Below, piece after piece: positions 6,962 through 15,848 of a DNA stretch of 25,817 bases (position 1 is its first letter; every line of letters begins with the position of its first letter). The notes below the pieces were generated by a model. That model was not told the origin of the DNA, searched no databases, and saw only the letters and a program-made list of their open reading frames with translations. The position numbers were made by a program, and so were the translations under genes. Origin of the DNA: Crocinitomicaceae bacterium (lineage in GTDB: Bacteria; Bacteroidota; Bacteroidia; Flavobacteriales_D; Crocinitomicaceae); the NCBI GenBank assembly GCA_044354635.1, contig JBIKZR010000001.1, positions 1 through 25,817 of the forward strand, written 5' to 3'.

Positions 6962-9298
6962 ATGAAATACTTACTACTCGTTTATCTTTTGCTGCCGTTT
7001 CTTGGTTTTTCACAAATTACTGGAAAAGTGACGTTCTTCAATTCAAAAGAACCAATCGTAGGAGCGAAAATCATCGTTTCAAATGGACAAAAAGCAATTT
7101 CTGATTTCGACGGAAAATTTAAATTAGAAGTTAACACTTTTCCCGTTACCCTTATAACGAGTTTTTTACCCTTTGCAAATGATACAGTAATTGTAAAATC
7201 TGCGGGGGAAATAACAATAGCTTTAAAAGAACGCATTCAAAATATTGCAACTATTGTAGTTTCTGCAGGAAGAAGATCACAGGATATTGAAGAAGTGCCA
7301 ATTTCGATGGAAATCATTAAAACCGCAATGATTGATAACAAAGGAATCAGCGATTTAGAACAAGCGGTTGATCAGAGTCCTGGCGTTTATGCAATGGATG
7401 GACAAGTAAGTATCCGCGGTGGAAGTGGATTTTCCTATGGCGCTGGAAGTCGGGTTTTATTACTTTGGAATGGCGTGCCAATGCTTTCCGGAGATGCTGG
7501 AGATACAAAGTGGAATTCTATTCCGATGGAACAAGCTTCGCAAATTGAAATATTGAAAGGAGCATCTTCGGTTTTATACGGCAGTGGAGCATTGAATGGT
7601 ATTATTTCTCTTACGGAAAAAGAGCCCGGATTAAAAGGAGAAACCCGCGTAAAAATTCAAAGCGGTTTGTATGGTGATCCAAAAAGACAAACCCTAAAGT
7701 GGTGGTCGACAAATCCAATGTTTTACCAAATAGAAGCATATTATGGAAAAATGCATAAAAAATATGGGTATACCATTTCCACCACCGGATTTAAAAACGA
7801 AGGTTACCGCCAAGGAGAAACCGAAGATCGCGCAAGATTGAGTGGCTCCTTATTTTTCCGCCCAGAGAAAATTAAACGGTTAAAAGCTGGAATCGGATAT
7901 AATTTTCAGTACCAAAAAACGGGGAATTTCCTAATCTGGCAAAGCGATACTTTTGCTTATACTCCAAGCGGAGGTGCCGACACGAGCCTTGCAACATCTA
8001 CATTAACCTACAATACTGGCGTTCGGCTGAGTTTAGATCCGTATATTAAATACATTGATAGATACAATAACCGGCACAATCTCAAAACACGGATTTATTA
8101 CGTAGACAATACAAATATCACCAACAAAGCGCAAAGTTCTGCTTCTTCCGTGTCTTATGCGGACTATCAATTCCAGCATTCTTGGAAAAATGGAATAGAG
8201 TTAACAACTGGCGCAACAACAATTTACACCGTGGTAAACTCGAAGTTGTTTGGCGATCATTCCTCCACGAATAGTGCAATTTATGCGCAATATGAGCAAA
8301 AAATCGGAAGATTAGATATTACGGGTGGAGTGCGGTTTGAATATTTCAAACAAGATAATAGAAAAGGGGATTCTGACTTTTATATAGGAAACCCAGACAA
8401 AAAAAACAAACTACCTGTAACACCAATTGCGCGGCTTGGATTGCACTATAAAATTGCCAAATTCACGCATTTAAGAGCTTCTTTCGGTCAAGGTGTTCGT
8501 TATCCATCCGTTGCGGAAAGGTATACAGTAACGAGTGTTGGAGCGCTCAATATTTTCCCCAATCCAAACTTAAAACCTGAAACAGGCTGGGCAGCGGAAA
8601 TTGGTGTGAAACAAGGTGTGAAAATGGGAGGCTGGAAAGGTTTGATTGATATTGCAGGTTTTGTGAATCAATACGATAACATGATGGAATTTACCTTTGG
8701 ACTTTACCCTGTGGAAGGAATTCAAGTAAATCTTACCAATCCGGATGATCCAGGGTACATTACTAAATGGCTCGGTTTTCAGGCTCAAAATGCCGAAAAA
8801 GCACGCGTTTCTGGTATGGAATTTTCCTTTAACAGCCAGGGAAAAATAAAGGAAGTTGAATTAGTAAGTTTAATTGGGTATACTTACATGAACCCAATTA
8901 GTTTAAATAGCGATTCGTTATACAATTCAAATTTTTCTGATTCTGGCAGTAACATGTTAAAATATAGATTCAAACACCTTGCAAAGGCCGACGTTGAAGC
9001 AACCTGGAAAAATTTTAGTGTTGGAGCATCCTTTCGTTACAATAGTTTTATGCCTAATATTGACAAAACTTTTGAAGATGGTGTTTTTGGAACGCAGATT
9101 TTGCCTGGTTTAAAAGAATACCGTTCCAGAGATAATGGCGGAAGCTTTGTGTTTGATGCAAGAATTGGTTATTCCTTTAAAAATCATTACCGAGTAGGTT
9201 TTATGGTTAATAATATTTTGAATGCGGAATACTCCACCCGACCGGGAGATATTCAGCCACCAAGAACGTTCTTGGTTCAACTGCAAATGAAATTTTAA
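6962..9298 (+). CDS. TonB-dependent outer-membrane receptor (paralog 2), ligand unknown
   Basis: 778 aa, collinear with paralog 1. TonB box TIVVSA, plug IEILKGASSVLYGSGALNGII, terminal Phe (LQMKF). Confidence 0.93.
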   Translation: MKYLLLVYLLLPFLGFSQITGKVTFFNSKEPIVGAKIIVSNGQKAISDFDGKFKLEVNTFPVTLITSFLPFANDTVIVKSAGEITIALKERIQNIATIVVSAGRRSQDIEEVPISMEIIKTAMIDNKGISDLEQAVDQSPGVYAMDGQVSIRGGSGFSYGAGSRVLLLWNGVPMLSGDAGDTKWNSIPMEQASQIEILKGASSVLYGSGALNGIISLTEKEPGLKGETRVKIQSGLYGDPKRQTLKWWSTNPMFYQIEAYYGKMHKKYGYTISTTGFKNEGYRQGETEDRARLSGSLFFRPEKIKRLKAGIGYNFQYQKTGNFLIWQSDTFAYTPSGGADTSLATSTLTYNTGVRLSLDPYIKYIDRYNNRHNLKTRIYYVDNTNITNKAQSSASSVSYADYQFQHSWKNGIELTTGATTIYTVVNSKLFGDHSSTNSAIYAQYEQKIGRLDITGGVRFEYFKQDNRKGDSDFYIGNPDKKNKLPVTPIARLGLHYKIAKFTHLRASFGQGVRYPSVAERYTVTSVGALNIFPNPNLKPETGWAAEIGVKQGVKMGGWKGLIDIAGFVNQYDNMMEFTFGLYPVEGIQVNLTNPDDPGYITKWLGFQAQNAEKARVSGMEFSFNSQGKIKEVELVSLIGYTYMNPISLNSDSLYNSNFSDSGSNMLKYRFKHLAKADVEATWKNFSVGASFRYNSFMPNIDKTFEDGVFGTQILPGLKEYRSRDNGGSFVFDARIGYSFKNHYRVGFMVNNILNAEYSTRPGDIQPPRTFLVQLQMKF

Positions 9299-10029
9299 TG
9301 AAAGTACTTGGTGTAATACCCGCCCGATTCGATTCGTCGCGATTTCCTGGAAAACCTTTAATAGATTTGAAAGGGAAAACAATGATTCAGCGCGTTTACG
9401 AAGGGGCAAAAAAATCTTCTCTAATAACAGAAGTTATCGTTGCAACGGATGACCAGCGCATTTACGATGAAGTAATTCGCTTTGGCGGTTTGGTGCGGAT
9501 GACCAAAATTTCTCACGCTAGCGGAACAGATCGCTGTGCAGAAGTTGCAAAAGAATTCCCAGAAATGGATGTTATTATCAACATTCAAGGAGACGAGCCT
9601 TTGGTTGATTACAGGCAGTTGGAGGTATTAATTGAAGCTTTTCGACAGGAAAAAACAGTTATTGCTACCTTGGGAAACACCGCTATAACTTTGGAAGATA
9701 TTGAAAATCCAAATCGCATTAAAGTAGTTTTAAATAAGCACAACGAAGTGTTATATTTTAGCAGAAGTGCGGTTCCTAATTTTGCTCATTCCAAAGGAAA
9801 TCCGTTGGAAAAATATCCTTACATGCGACACATTGGTTTGTATGCGTTCAGAGCACAAACGTTGCAGGAACTTACAGCACTGCAGCCAACTGATCTGGAA
9901 AAAATCGAATCGTTAGAGCAATTGCGGTGGCTTTACCACGGATATTCCATCCAACTTGTTGAAACAGATATAGAGACACCCAATATTGATGTCCCGGAAG
10001 ATGTTGAAAAAGTACTCGCTCTTCTCTGA
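9298..10029 (+). CDS. kdsB: 3-deoxy-manno-octulosonate cytidylyltransferase (CMP-Kdo synthetase)
   Basis: 243 aa. IPARFDSSRFPGKPL, SGTDRCAE, INIQGDEP, HIGLYAF, ESLEQLRWL. The start overlaps the TBDR-2 stop (TAATG at 9296-9300). Confidence 0.96.
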   Translation: MKVLGVIPARFDSSRFPGKPLIDLKGKTMIQRVYEGAKKSSLITEVIVATDDQRIYDEVIRFGGLVRMTKISHASGTDRCAEVAKEFPEMDVIINIQGDEPLVDYRQLEVLIEAFRQEKTVIATLGNTAITLEDIENPNRIKVVLNKHNEVLYFSRSAVPNFAHSKGNPLEKYPYMRHIGLYAFRAQTLQELTALQPTDLEKIESLEQLRWLYHGYSIQLVETDIETPNIDVPEDVEKVLALL

Positions 10030-10045
10030 CTTATTTTTACGGCAT

Positions 10046-10079
10046 TTTGCAACATTTTCGAAAGAAATTCGTAATTTGC
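10046..10079 (+). promoter_or_regulatory. Bacteroidota sigma-A promoter (-33 TTTG, -7 variant TAATTTGC) for the SPOR gene
   Basis: TTTG at 10046-10049 and TAATTTGC at 10072-10079, 29 nt before the ATG. Confidence 0.5.
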
Positions 10080-10108
10080 CGAGGTTAAGTTATATTAATA
10101 ATTAAGGC

Positions 10109-11260
10109 ATGGTTTCAGTTGAACAACTTATTGGAGATTTATTGGTGCGCCATAATTGCGTAATTATTCCAGCATTTGGAGGTTTTGTTGCAAAGCAAAC
10201 TTCCGCGTCAATTGATTATAAAAATGGCATAATGACTCCTCCTCGGAAATCGTTATTGTTTAACCGGCAGTTGATTAACAACGATGGGCTATTAATTGCG
10301 GAACTTGCCGTTTCAAATGCAATAAATTACAACCAAGCAACTGATACCGTTGGTTCTTTAGTAAATACTTGGAACGAAAAACTCAGAAATGGAGAACGCA
10401 TAACAATTGATAAAATTGGGTTTTTATTTTACGACCAAGAAAAAAATATCTGCTTTGAACAAGACCGCTTTTTTAACTTGTTATTAGAATCTTATGGGCT
10501 TGAAACGGTGCACTTTTTATCTGAAAATGATGTCCAACTTGCTCAAAAAACCACGATTGAACGAGCATTGAGTATGGAGGAAAATAATCCTGTGCAACCG
10601 GCAATTGTTTTCAATACGGAAGCAATTTCAACGGAGAATGGTACTTCAGAAACACGTGTGATTGAACATCCAGCGTTGCAAAAAAATTCAAAAATTTGGA
10701 GATACGTTGCCGCTGCTTGCCTTTTGCCGATTGCTTTTTATTCATTTTGGCTTCCGATGAAAACTCCTGTTTTAGAATCTGGGATGGTCTCTATTCAAGA
10801 TTTTAATCTGTTTTACAAAAGTACGGATGGAAACTATTCTCAAGAAAAGATTTCCCTTAAAAGCCCCTTTGAAAAATATACGACCTTAGAAGAGAGTGTT
10901 GCTGCGCTTCCAAACGATATTGCTATTTATTCCTACAAATATTCTGAGGATTTATACATCCCAATTCGTCTCACGAATGCGTTGCCAAATGCTATTAACG
11001 AAGAACTTCCAGAAGTAAAAGGAGAATCGCAAGTTTCCGTTTCAACTTATAATTTGATAGTTGGATGCTTTGGAAGTGAATCAAACGCAAAAAATTTAGT
11101 TTCAACCTTAAAATCTAAAGGTTTTTCCTCCCAAATTTTAGATATTTCCAATGGTTTATACCGTGTAAGTATTGGTGCAGCAAATTCAGTTGATGAGATG
11201 CAAAAAATTAGTCAAACTGCTACTGCTCAAGGATTTGAAGGTTGGGTTCTAAAGAAGTAA
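10109..11260 (+). CDS. HU-CCDC81-like N-terminal domains + single TM helix + C-terminal SPOR domain protein
   Basis: 383 aa. N-terminal LLVRHNCVIIPAFGGFV...FNRQLINNDGLL pattern of bacterial HU-CCDC81 domains; TM WRYVAAACLLPIAFYSFW; SPOR motif YNLIVGCFGSESNAKNLVSTLKSKGF...LYRVSIG. Confidence 0.85.
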   Translation: MVSVEQLIGDLLVRHNCVIIPAFGGFVAKQTSASIDYKNGIMTPPRKSLLFNRQLINNDGLLIAELAVSNAINYNQATDTVGSLVNTWNEKLRNGERITIDKIGFLFYDQEKNICFEQDRFFNLLLESYGLETVHFLSENDVQLAQKTTIERALSMEENNPVQPAIVFNTEAISTENGTSETRVIEHPALQKNSKIWRYVAAACLLPIAFYSFWLPMKTPVLESGMVSIQDFNLFYKSTDGNYSQEKISLKSPFEKYTTLEESVAALPNDIAIYSYKYSEDLYIPIRLTNALPNAINEELPEVKGESQVSVSTYNLIVGCFGSESNAKNLVSTLKSKGFSSQILDISNGLYRVSIGAANSVDEMQKISQTATAQGFEGWVLKK

Positions 11261-11368
11261 AGTAGTTGCATTTTATTTCCACTTAAAATTAGTCGCTATT
11301 TTTCCATAATACTGCATAGTTAAACCGGTTAAACCCTTATATTTATTACTCGTTAAAAACCCGAACGT

Positions 11369-12583
11369 ATGTCAAAATTACTATTATCAGCCCTTTCATT
11401 GGGATTCACTTTTACGCTAAGTGCACAATTTGGTTATTCCGTACCAGTTAAAAATACGGAAGGAAGTGAATATGCTTTTACAAAAATTGCACATTTAGAC
11501 GCAACTCCTGTTGAAAGCCAAGGAAACACTGGCACTTGCTGGAGCTTTTCAGCTTTGTCCTTTTTTGAATCAGAATTAATACGAAAAGGCACGAAACAGC
11601 CCGATTTATTATCTGAAATGTTCGTTGTTCGAAAAGCATACGAAAGCAAAGCAGAAAAATTTATTCGTATGGATGGAAAAATCAATTTTTCTGAAGGAGG
11701 CGCTTTCCACGATATTCCATTTGTAATTAAAAATTACGGAATCGTGCCGCAAGAAGTTTACACAGGTTTGAATTATGGTTCTGAAACCCACAACCATAGT
11801 GAAATGTTCTCTGTGTTGGATGGCGCGGTGCAAGGGCTTTTGAGCCATTCCAAATCTTCCTCAACGGGTGTTTCAACAGCTTGGATGGGCGCTTTAAATG
11901 GAATTTTAGATGCTTATTTTGGGAAAGATTTAAAAGAATTTGAATACAAAGGGAAAAAATATACGCCACAATCCTATGCTAAAGCAATTGGTTTGAATAT
12001 GGATGAATATATCTCTTTGACTTCCTTTACCAACCATGAACTTTACAAAAAATGCCAATTGGCAATTCCAGACAACTGGGCGTGGGGAGAAAGTTATAAT
12101 GTAGGATTAACAGATTTATTTGATGCCTGTGAATATGCACTTAAAAATGGCTACACATTGGCTTGGGGAGCAGATGTTTCGGAAAAAGGCTTCAGTTTTA
12201 AGAATGGTTTGGCTATCGTTCCAGAAGATCCTTCTACAATTGATGTAAATGGAAAAGACTCCAAAAATTATTCCGATGCGGGAGCAGACAAAGCATCCAA
12301 TGCTTTTGTTACTCCCCAAAAAGAATTAGTAATTACATCGGAGCTGCGCCAAAAAGGATACGACGCAAAAATGACTACAGATGACCATGGAATGCACATT
12401 GTTGGGCTTTACAAAGATCAGAAAGGAACCCGCTATTTTTTAGTTAAAAATTCGTGGGGAACAGGCAACTATCCAAAGGGTTATTTATATGTTTCTGAAA
12501 ATTATTTTAATTACAAAACGATCAATGTGTACGTGCACAAAGATGGTGTTTCCGGAAATATGAAAAAAAAGTTGGGGTTGTAA
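11369..12583 (+). CDS. pepC: Signal-peptide-bearing cysteine aminopeptidase, family C1B (aminopeptidase C / bleomycin hydrolase-like)
   Basis: 404 aa. Catalytic QGNTGTCWSF (Cys), DHGMHIVG (His), VKNSWG (Asn); N-terminal signal peptide ending TLSA-Q. Confidence 0.9.
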   Translation: MSKLLLSALSLGFTFTLSAQFGYSVPVKNTEGSEYAFTKIAHLDATPVESQGNTGTCWSFSALSFFESELIRKGTKQPDLLSEMFVVRKAYESKAEKFIRMDGKINFSEGGAFHDIPFVIKNYGIVPQEVYTGLNYGSETHNHSEMFSVLDGAVQGLLSHSKSSSTGVSTAWMGALNGILDAYFGKDLKEFEYKGKKYTPQSYAKAIGLNMDEYISLTSFTNHELYKKCQLAIPDNWAWGESYNVGLTDLFDACEYALKNGYTLAWGADVSEKGFSFKNGLAIVPEDPSTIDVNGKDSKNYSDAGADKASNAFVTPQKELVITSELRQKGYDAKMTTDDHGMHIVGLYKDQKGTRYFLVKNSWGTGNYPKGYLYVSENYFNYKTINVYVHKDGVSGNMKKKLGL

Positions 12584-12642
12584 TTTGCGGAATGTGAAGT
12601 TAATTTAGAAGAATAATTCATATTATTTTTTTGTAATTAATT

Positions 12643-12662
12643 TTTTGTATTTTTATACAAAA
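12643..12662. promoter_or_regulatory. Palindrome TTTTGTAT-N4-ATACAAAA overlapping a -7-like element (TATTTTTA, 12648-12655); candidate operator of the BlaI-family repressor
   Basis: Perfect 8-bp inverted repeat 15 nt upstream of the ATG at 12678; an extra ttttttgta half-site lies at 12627-12635. AT-rich, so chance cannot be excluded. Confidence 0.45.
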
Positions 12663-12677
12663 TTTTTAACACACCTC

Positions 12678-12971
12678 ATGGAACGACTAACACCTGCCGA
12701 AGAACTAGTTATGTTGAAGTTATGGAAACTTCAAAATGGAGCCGTAAAAGACATTCAAGAACTATACCTCCATCCAAAACCAGCTTATAATACAACATCA
12801 ACTATCGTTCGGATTTTGGAACGTAAAAATTTCATAAAACACCAACCTTTAGGAAGAGGTTTCATTTATTCTCCAAATGTTTCCCGCGAAAAATATAGAG
12901 AATACCTTGCTAATCATCTTTTGCACAATTACTTTGATGGGGACAAAGAGATGTTGCTAAACACGATTTAA
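12678..12971 (+). CDS. BlaI/MecI/CopY-family transcriptional repressor, short (97 aa)
   Basis: ATG at 12678 (MERLTPAEELVMLKLW) preferred to TTG at 12645. wHTH signature KPAYNTTSTIVRILERKNFI...FIYSPNVSREKY...YFDG. Confidence 0.88.
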   Translation: MERLTPAEELVMLKLWKLQNGAVKDIQELYLHPKPAYNTTSTIVRILERKNFIKHQPLGRGFIYSPNVSREKYREYLANHLLHNYFDGDKEMLLNTI

Positions 12972-13101
12972 CCGGATTCTTTACAAGAAGAATTGCATGG
13001 GTTTTCTTTTAATTTCTGGCAATCGTTTAATTTAGTTGTGTTAAAAATGCGAACTAACCGTATTTAGAGAAGGATTACATAAATCAAGAAAGGTTCTGTT
13101 T

Positions 13102-14274
13102 TTAGAGTTTTGAGAGTTTTTTTACAATTTTCTCCGCGCAAATTCTAGCTAATTCATCACTTTTTACGAAATCTTCGTATTCTGCATTGTGAACCATCTG
13201 AACCTCCAGCATCGTTGCTTCATTGATTTCCGCGATATCTAGAAATTGTATTTTTTCCTGCAAAAATGCTTCAACTGAAATTTCATTCGCAGCATTTAAA
13301 ATACACGCAGCTGTGCCGCCCATTTCCATAGCCTTAAACGCGAGGTCTAAATTTTTAAAGACTTCTCTATCTGGTTTTTCAAATGTCAATTGCGGGTAGT
13401 CCATAAAATCAAAACGTGGGAAATCTGTTTTAAACCGATCCGGAAATGTCAGTGCAAATTGAATTGGTAATTTCATGTCAGGCAAACCCATCTGTGCTTT
13501 CATGCTGCCATCTTCAAATTGCACCAAGGAATGCACGATGGATTGAGGATGCACAATCACATCAATTTGTTCTGGTTTTAAGTTAAACAGCCATTTTGCT
13601 TCAATCACTTCCAGCCCTTTGTTCATCAACGTTGCAGAATCAATCGTGATTTTTGCACCCATAGACCAGTTTGGATGTTTCAACGCTTGTTCACGTTTCA
13701 CCGATTTCAATTGCTCGTTTGTCCAACCACGAAATGGTCCGCCAGAAGCGGTAAGATAAATCTTCTCAATTTTATTATGAAATTCACCAACTAGACATTG
13801 AAAAATAGCAGAATGTTCCGAGTCAACTGGATAGATATTTACACCATTTTCTTTCGCCAAGCGCGTAACCAATTCTCCAGCTACAACAAGCGTTTCTTTA
13901 TTGGCAAGTGCTATGGTTTTCTTTGCTTCAATTGCGCGTAAGGTTGGTTTCAATCCTGCATACCCAACTAAAGCGGTGAGAACGGTATCCACTTCGTTAG
14001 ATTCCACTACTTGACACAAAGCTTCTGCGCCAGCATAAACGTGAATGTCTTCTTGCGATAAAGCGTTTTTAACTTTCAAATACAGGGACTCTTCCGTAAT
14101 TACGACCGTATTTGGTTTAAACTTTAAAGCCTGCTCTATTAATAAATCTGCATTTTTACCGGCAGTTAAGACTTGTAAATCAAAGTACTGTGGGTATGAT
14201 TCAATTACATCTAATGCTTGTGTGCCGATTGAACCAGTAGATCCGAGTATTGCAATTCCTTTTTTTGGACTCAT
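13102..14274 (-). CDS. dxr: 1-deoxy-D-xylulose-5-phosphate reductoisomerase (MEP pathway)
   Basis: 390 aa. ILGSTGSIG, ALANKETLV, PVDSEHSAIFQ, LTASGGPFR, HPNWSMGAKITIDSATLMNKGLEVIEA. Confidence 0.98.
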   Translation of the reverse strand: MSPKKGIAILGSTGSIGTQALDVIESYPQYFDLQVLTAGKNADLLIEQALKFKPNTVVITEESLYLKVKNALSQEDIHVYAGAEALCQVVESNEVDTVLTALVGYAGLKPTLRAIEAKKTIALANKETLVVAGELVTRLAKENGVNIYPVDSEHSAIFQCLVGEFHNKIEKIYLTASGGPFRGWTNEQLKSVKREQALKHPNWSMGAKITIDSATLMNKGLEVIEAKWLFNLKPEQIDVIVHPQSIVHSLVQFEDGSMKAQMGLPDMKLPIQFALTFPDRFKTDFPRFDFMDYPQLTFEKPDREVFKNLDLAFKAMEMGGTAACILNAANEISVEAFLQEKIQFLDIAEINEATMLEVQMVHNAEYEDFVKSDELARICAEKIVKKLSKL

Positions 14275-14278
14275 CCTA

Positions 14279-14286
14279 CAAAAATA
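14279..14286 (-). promoter_or_regulatory. Canonical -7 element TATTTTTG for dxr, only 4 nt before the ATG
   Basis: The minus strand reads cgtTATTTTTGtaggATGAGT; exact TAnnTTTG match. Confidence 0.6.
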
Positions 14287-14353
14287 ACGATTTGAAACAT
14301 AAAAACTTTACAAATGACACGAAAGAAATCACCGAAAATCCATTTGTCGGTTG

Positions 14354-14361
14354 TAATTTTG
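14354..14361 (+). promoter_or_regulatory. Canonical -7 element TAATTTTG for the DUF6495 gene
   Basis: Exact TAnnTTTG match 25 nt before the ATG at 14387. Confidence 0.55.
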
Positions 14362-14386
14362 GAGGCGTAAACACTAAAAATTCTAA

Positions 14387-14857
14387 ATGAAATACCGCAT
14401 ACTCACGAACGAAGAACTGGCTCCTTTAGCGGAAGATTTCAAACATTTTTTGATTGTAAACGGCGTCCATACAGAAGAATGGATTCGAATAAATTCCAAT
14501 GCACCTGAAAAAGCTGCAGAATTGGTTGAAATTTTTAGCGATACCGTTTTGCAAAAAGTATACGAAAAAATCACACATCTAGAATTTCGATCTCCAGATT
14601 CCTGCATTGTTTTTCATTTTGCACCAGAAAAAGTGGCTCTAATTTCCATCCAGAAAAAAGAAAATTCAGTTGCAGACTTTTCTACGGTGGATAGTATTCA
14701 TACAGCGTTGACCAAAGAAACCAATAGCCTTCAATTTTTTCAGACCGAAAAACACTATTCAGCCACCCGTGAGCAAGAAATTCACCGCATGCTGGAGCAA
14801 GGCTGCTTCCTCTCTTCCGCAGATTTTTGGGAAACCCTGCAGGAAGTTGTCAACTAA
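14387..14857 (+). CDS. Conserved Bacteroidota protein, DUF6495-like
   Basis: 156 aa. MKYRILTNEEL...FKHFLIVNGV...EEW...EIFSDTV...QGC pattern recalled from this family; not confirmed by search. Confidence 0.7.
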   Translation: MKYRILTNEELAPLAEDFKHFLIVNGVHTEEWIRINSNAPEKAAELVEIFSDTVLQKVYEKITHLEFRSPDSCIVFHFAPEKVALISIQKKENSVADFSTVDSIHTALTKETNSLQFFQTEKHYSATREQEIHRMLEQGCFLSSADFWETLQEVVN

Positions 14858-14913
14858 ATCGAACGAAAATACCATTAGATTGTTACTTTTACAGCATTAA
14901 ATAAATTAGTAGT

Positions 14914-15759
14914 ATGAAAAGATTTTTGATAGCCGCTTTGGTAACTTTTGGAGCAAGTACTTTAAACGCACAATTGCAACGCCCAATGGCAAGTCCATTA
15001 GGGAAAATAGAACAAAAAGTTGGATTGACAGATATTAAAGTTGAGTATTCGCGACCATCTAAAAATAATCGTGTAATTTTTGGAGATGTTGTTCCGTTTA
15101 ATGAATTGTGGCGAACAGGTGCAAATGACAATACAAAATTCACAACTTCCGATGCGCTAGTTTTTGGAAATGACACACTAAAAGCGGGCACATATGGAAT
15201 CTTCACCAAGCCAACAGCTGAAAGTTGGGAGGTGCTTTTTTACACGGACTATTCAGGTGGCGGCACACCAGAAGTTGTAGAAGAAGAAAAAGTTGCGTAC
15301 CGAACAACGGTTAAAACAAGCGCGTTGAACGATGTTGTCGAAACATTCACCATTTCAGTGGACAATACTACCACCAAATCTGCCATTTTGACTCTTTCTT
15401 GGGATAAAACGCGCGTTTCGCTTCCATTTACCGTTCCAACAGCGGCTAAAATGACAACTACTATTGAGAAAATAATGGGCGGTCCCTCCGCTAGCGATTA
15501 TTATGCTTCTGCAGAGTTTTATTTTAAGGAGAAAAAAGACATGAAGAAAGCCTTAGAATGGGCAACAAAAGCAGTAGACATGCGCCCGGATGCGTTTTGG
15601 TACGTTCGATTAAAATCTTTGATTCAGGCAGAAAATGGGGATTATAAAGGTGCAATTGCAACTGCAAAATCATCTTTGGAAGGAGCGGAAAAAGCGGAAA
15701 ATAAAGCCTACGTGGATATGAATAAAGCCTCTATCGAAGAGTGGAGTAAGAAGAAATAA
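14914..15759 (+). CDS. DUF2911 domain protein with C-terminal TPR-like helices, secreted
   Basis: 281 aa. Signal peptide; ASP...QKVGLTDIKVEYSRP, VPFNELWRTGAN, AGTYGIFT, LSWD signature; C-terminal KALEWATKAV helical repeat. Confidence 0.88.
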   Translation: MKRFLIAALVTFGASTLNAQLQRPMASPLGKIEQKVGLTDIKVEYSRPSKNNRVIFGDVVPFNELWRTGANDNTKFTTSDALVFGNDTLKAGTYGIFTKPTAESWEVLFYTDYSGGGTPEVVEEEKVAYRTTVKTSALNDVVETFTISVDNTTTKSAILTLSWDKTRVSLPFTVPTAAKMTTTIEKIMGGPSASDYYASAEFYFKEKKDMKKALEWATKAVDMRPDAFWYVRLKSLIQAENGDYKGAIATAKSSLEGAEKAENKAYVDMNKASIEEWSKKK

Positions 15760-15848
15760 CTTTGTGAAATTCTGTTGTTTTTTAGAGCGTTGCATCGGCG
15801 CAAAAGCATACGATTTTTCAACATTAATATAGTGGCGTTCCGATTTAT

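Noticed and set aside
4541-9298. SusC/SusD polysaccharide utilisation locus
   Set aside because: The receptors are ~780 aa, shorter than SusC, lack SusC signatures, and have no SusD or glycoside hydrolase neighbours.
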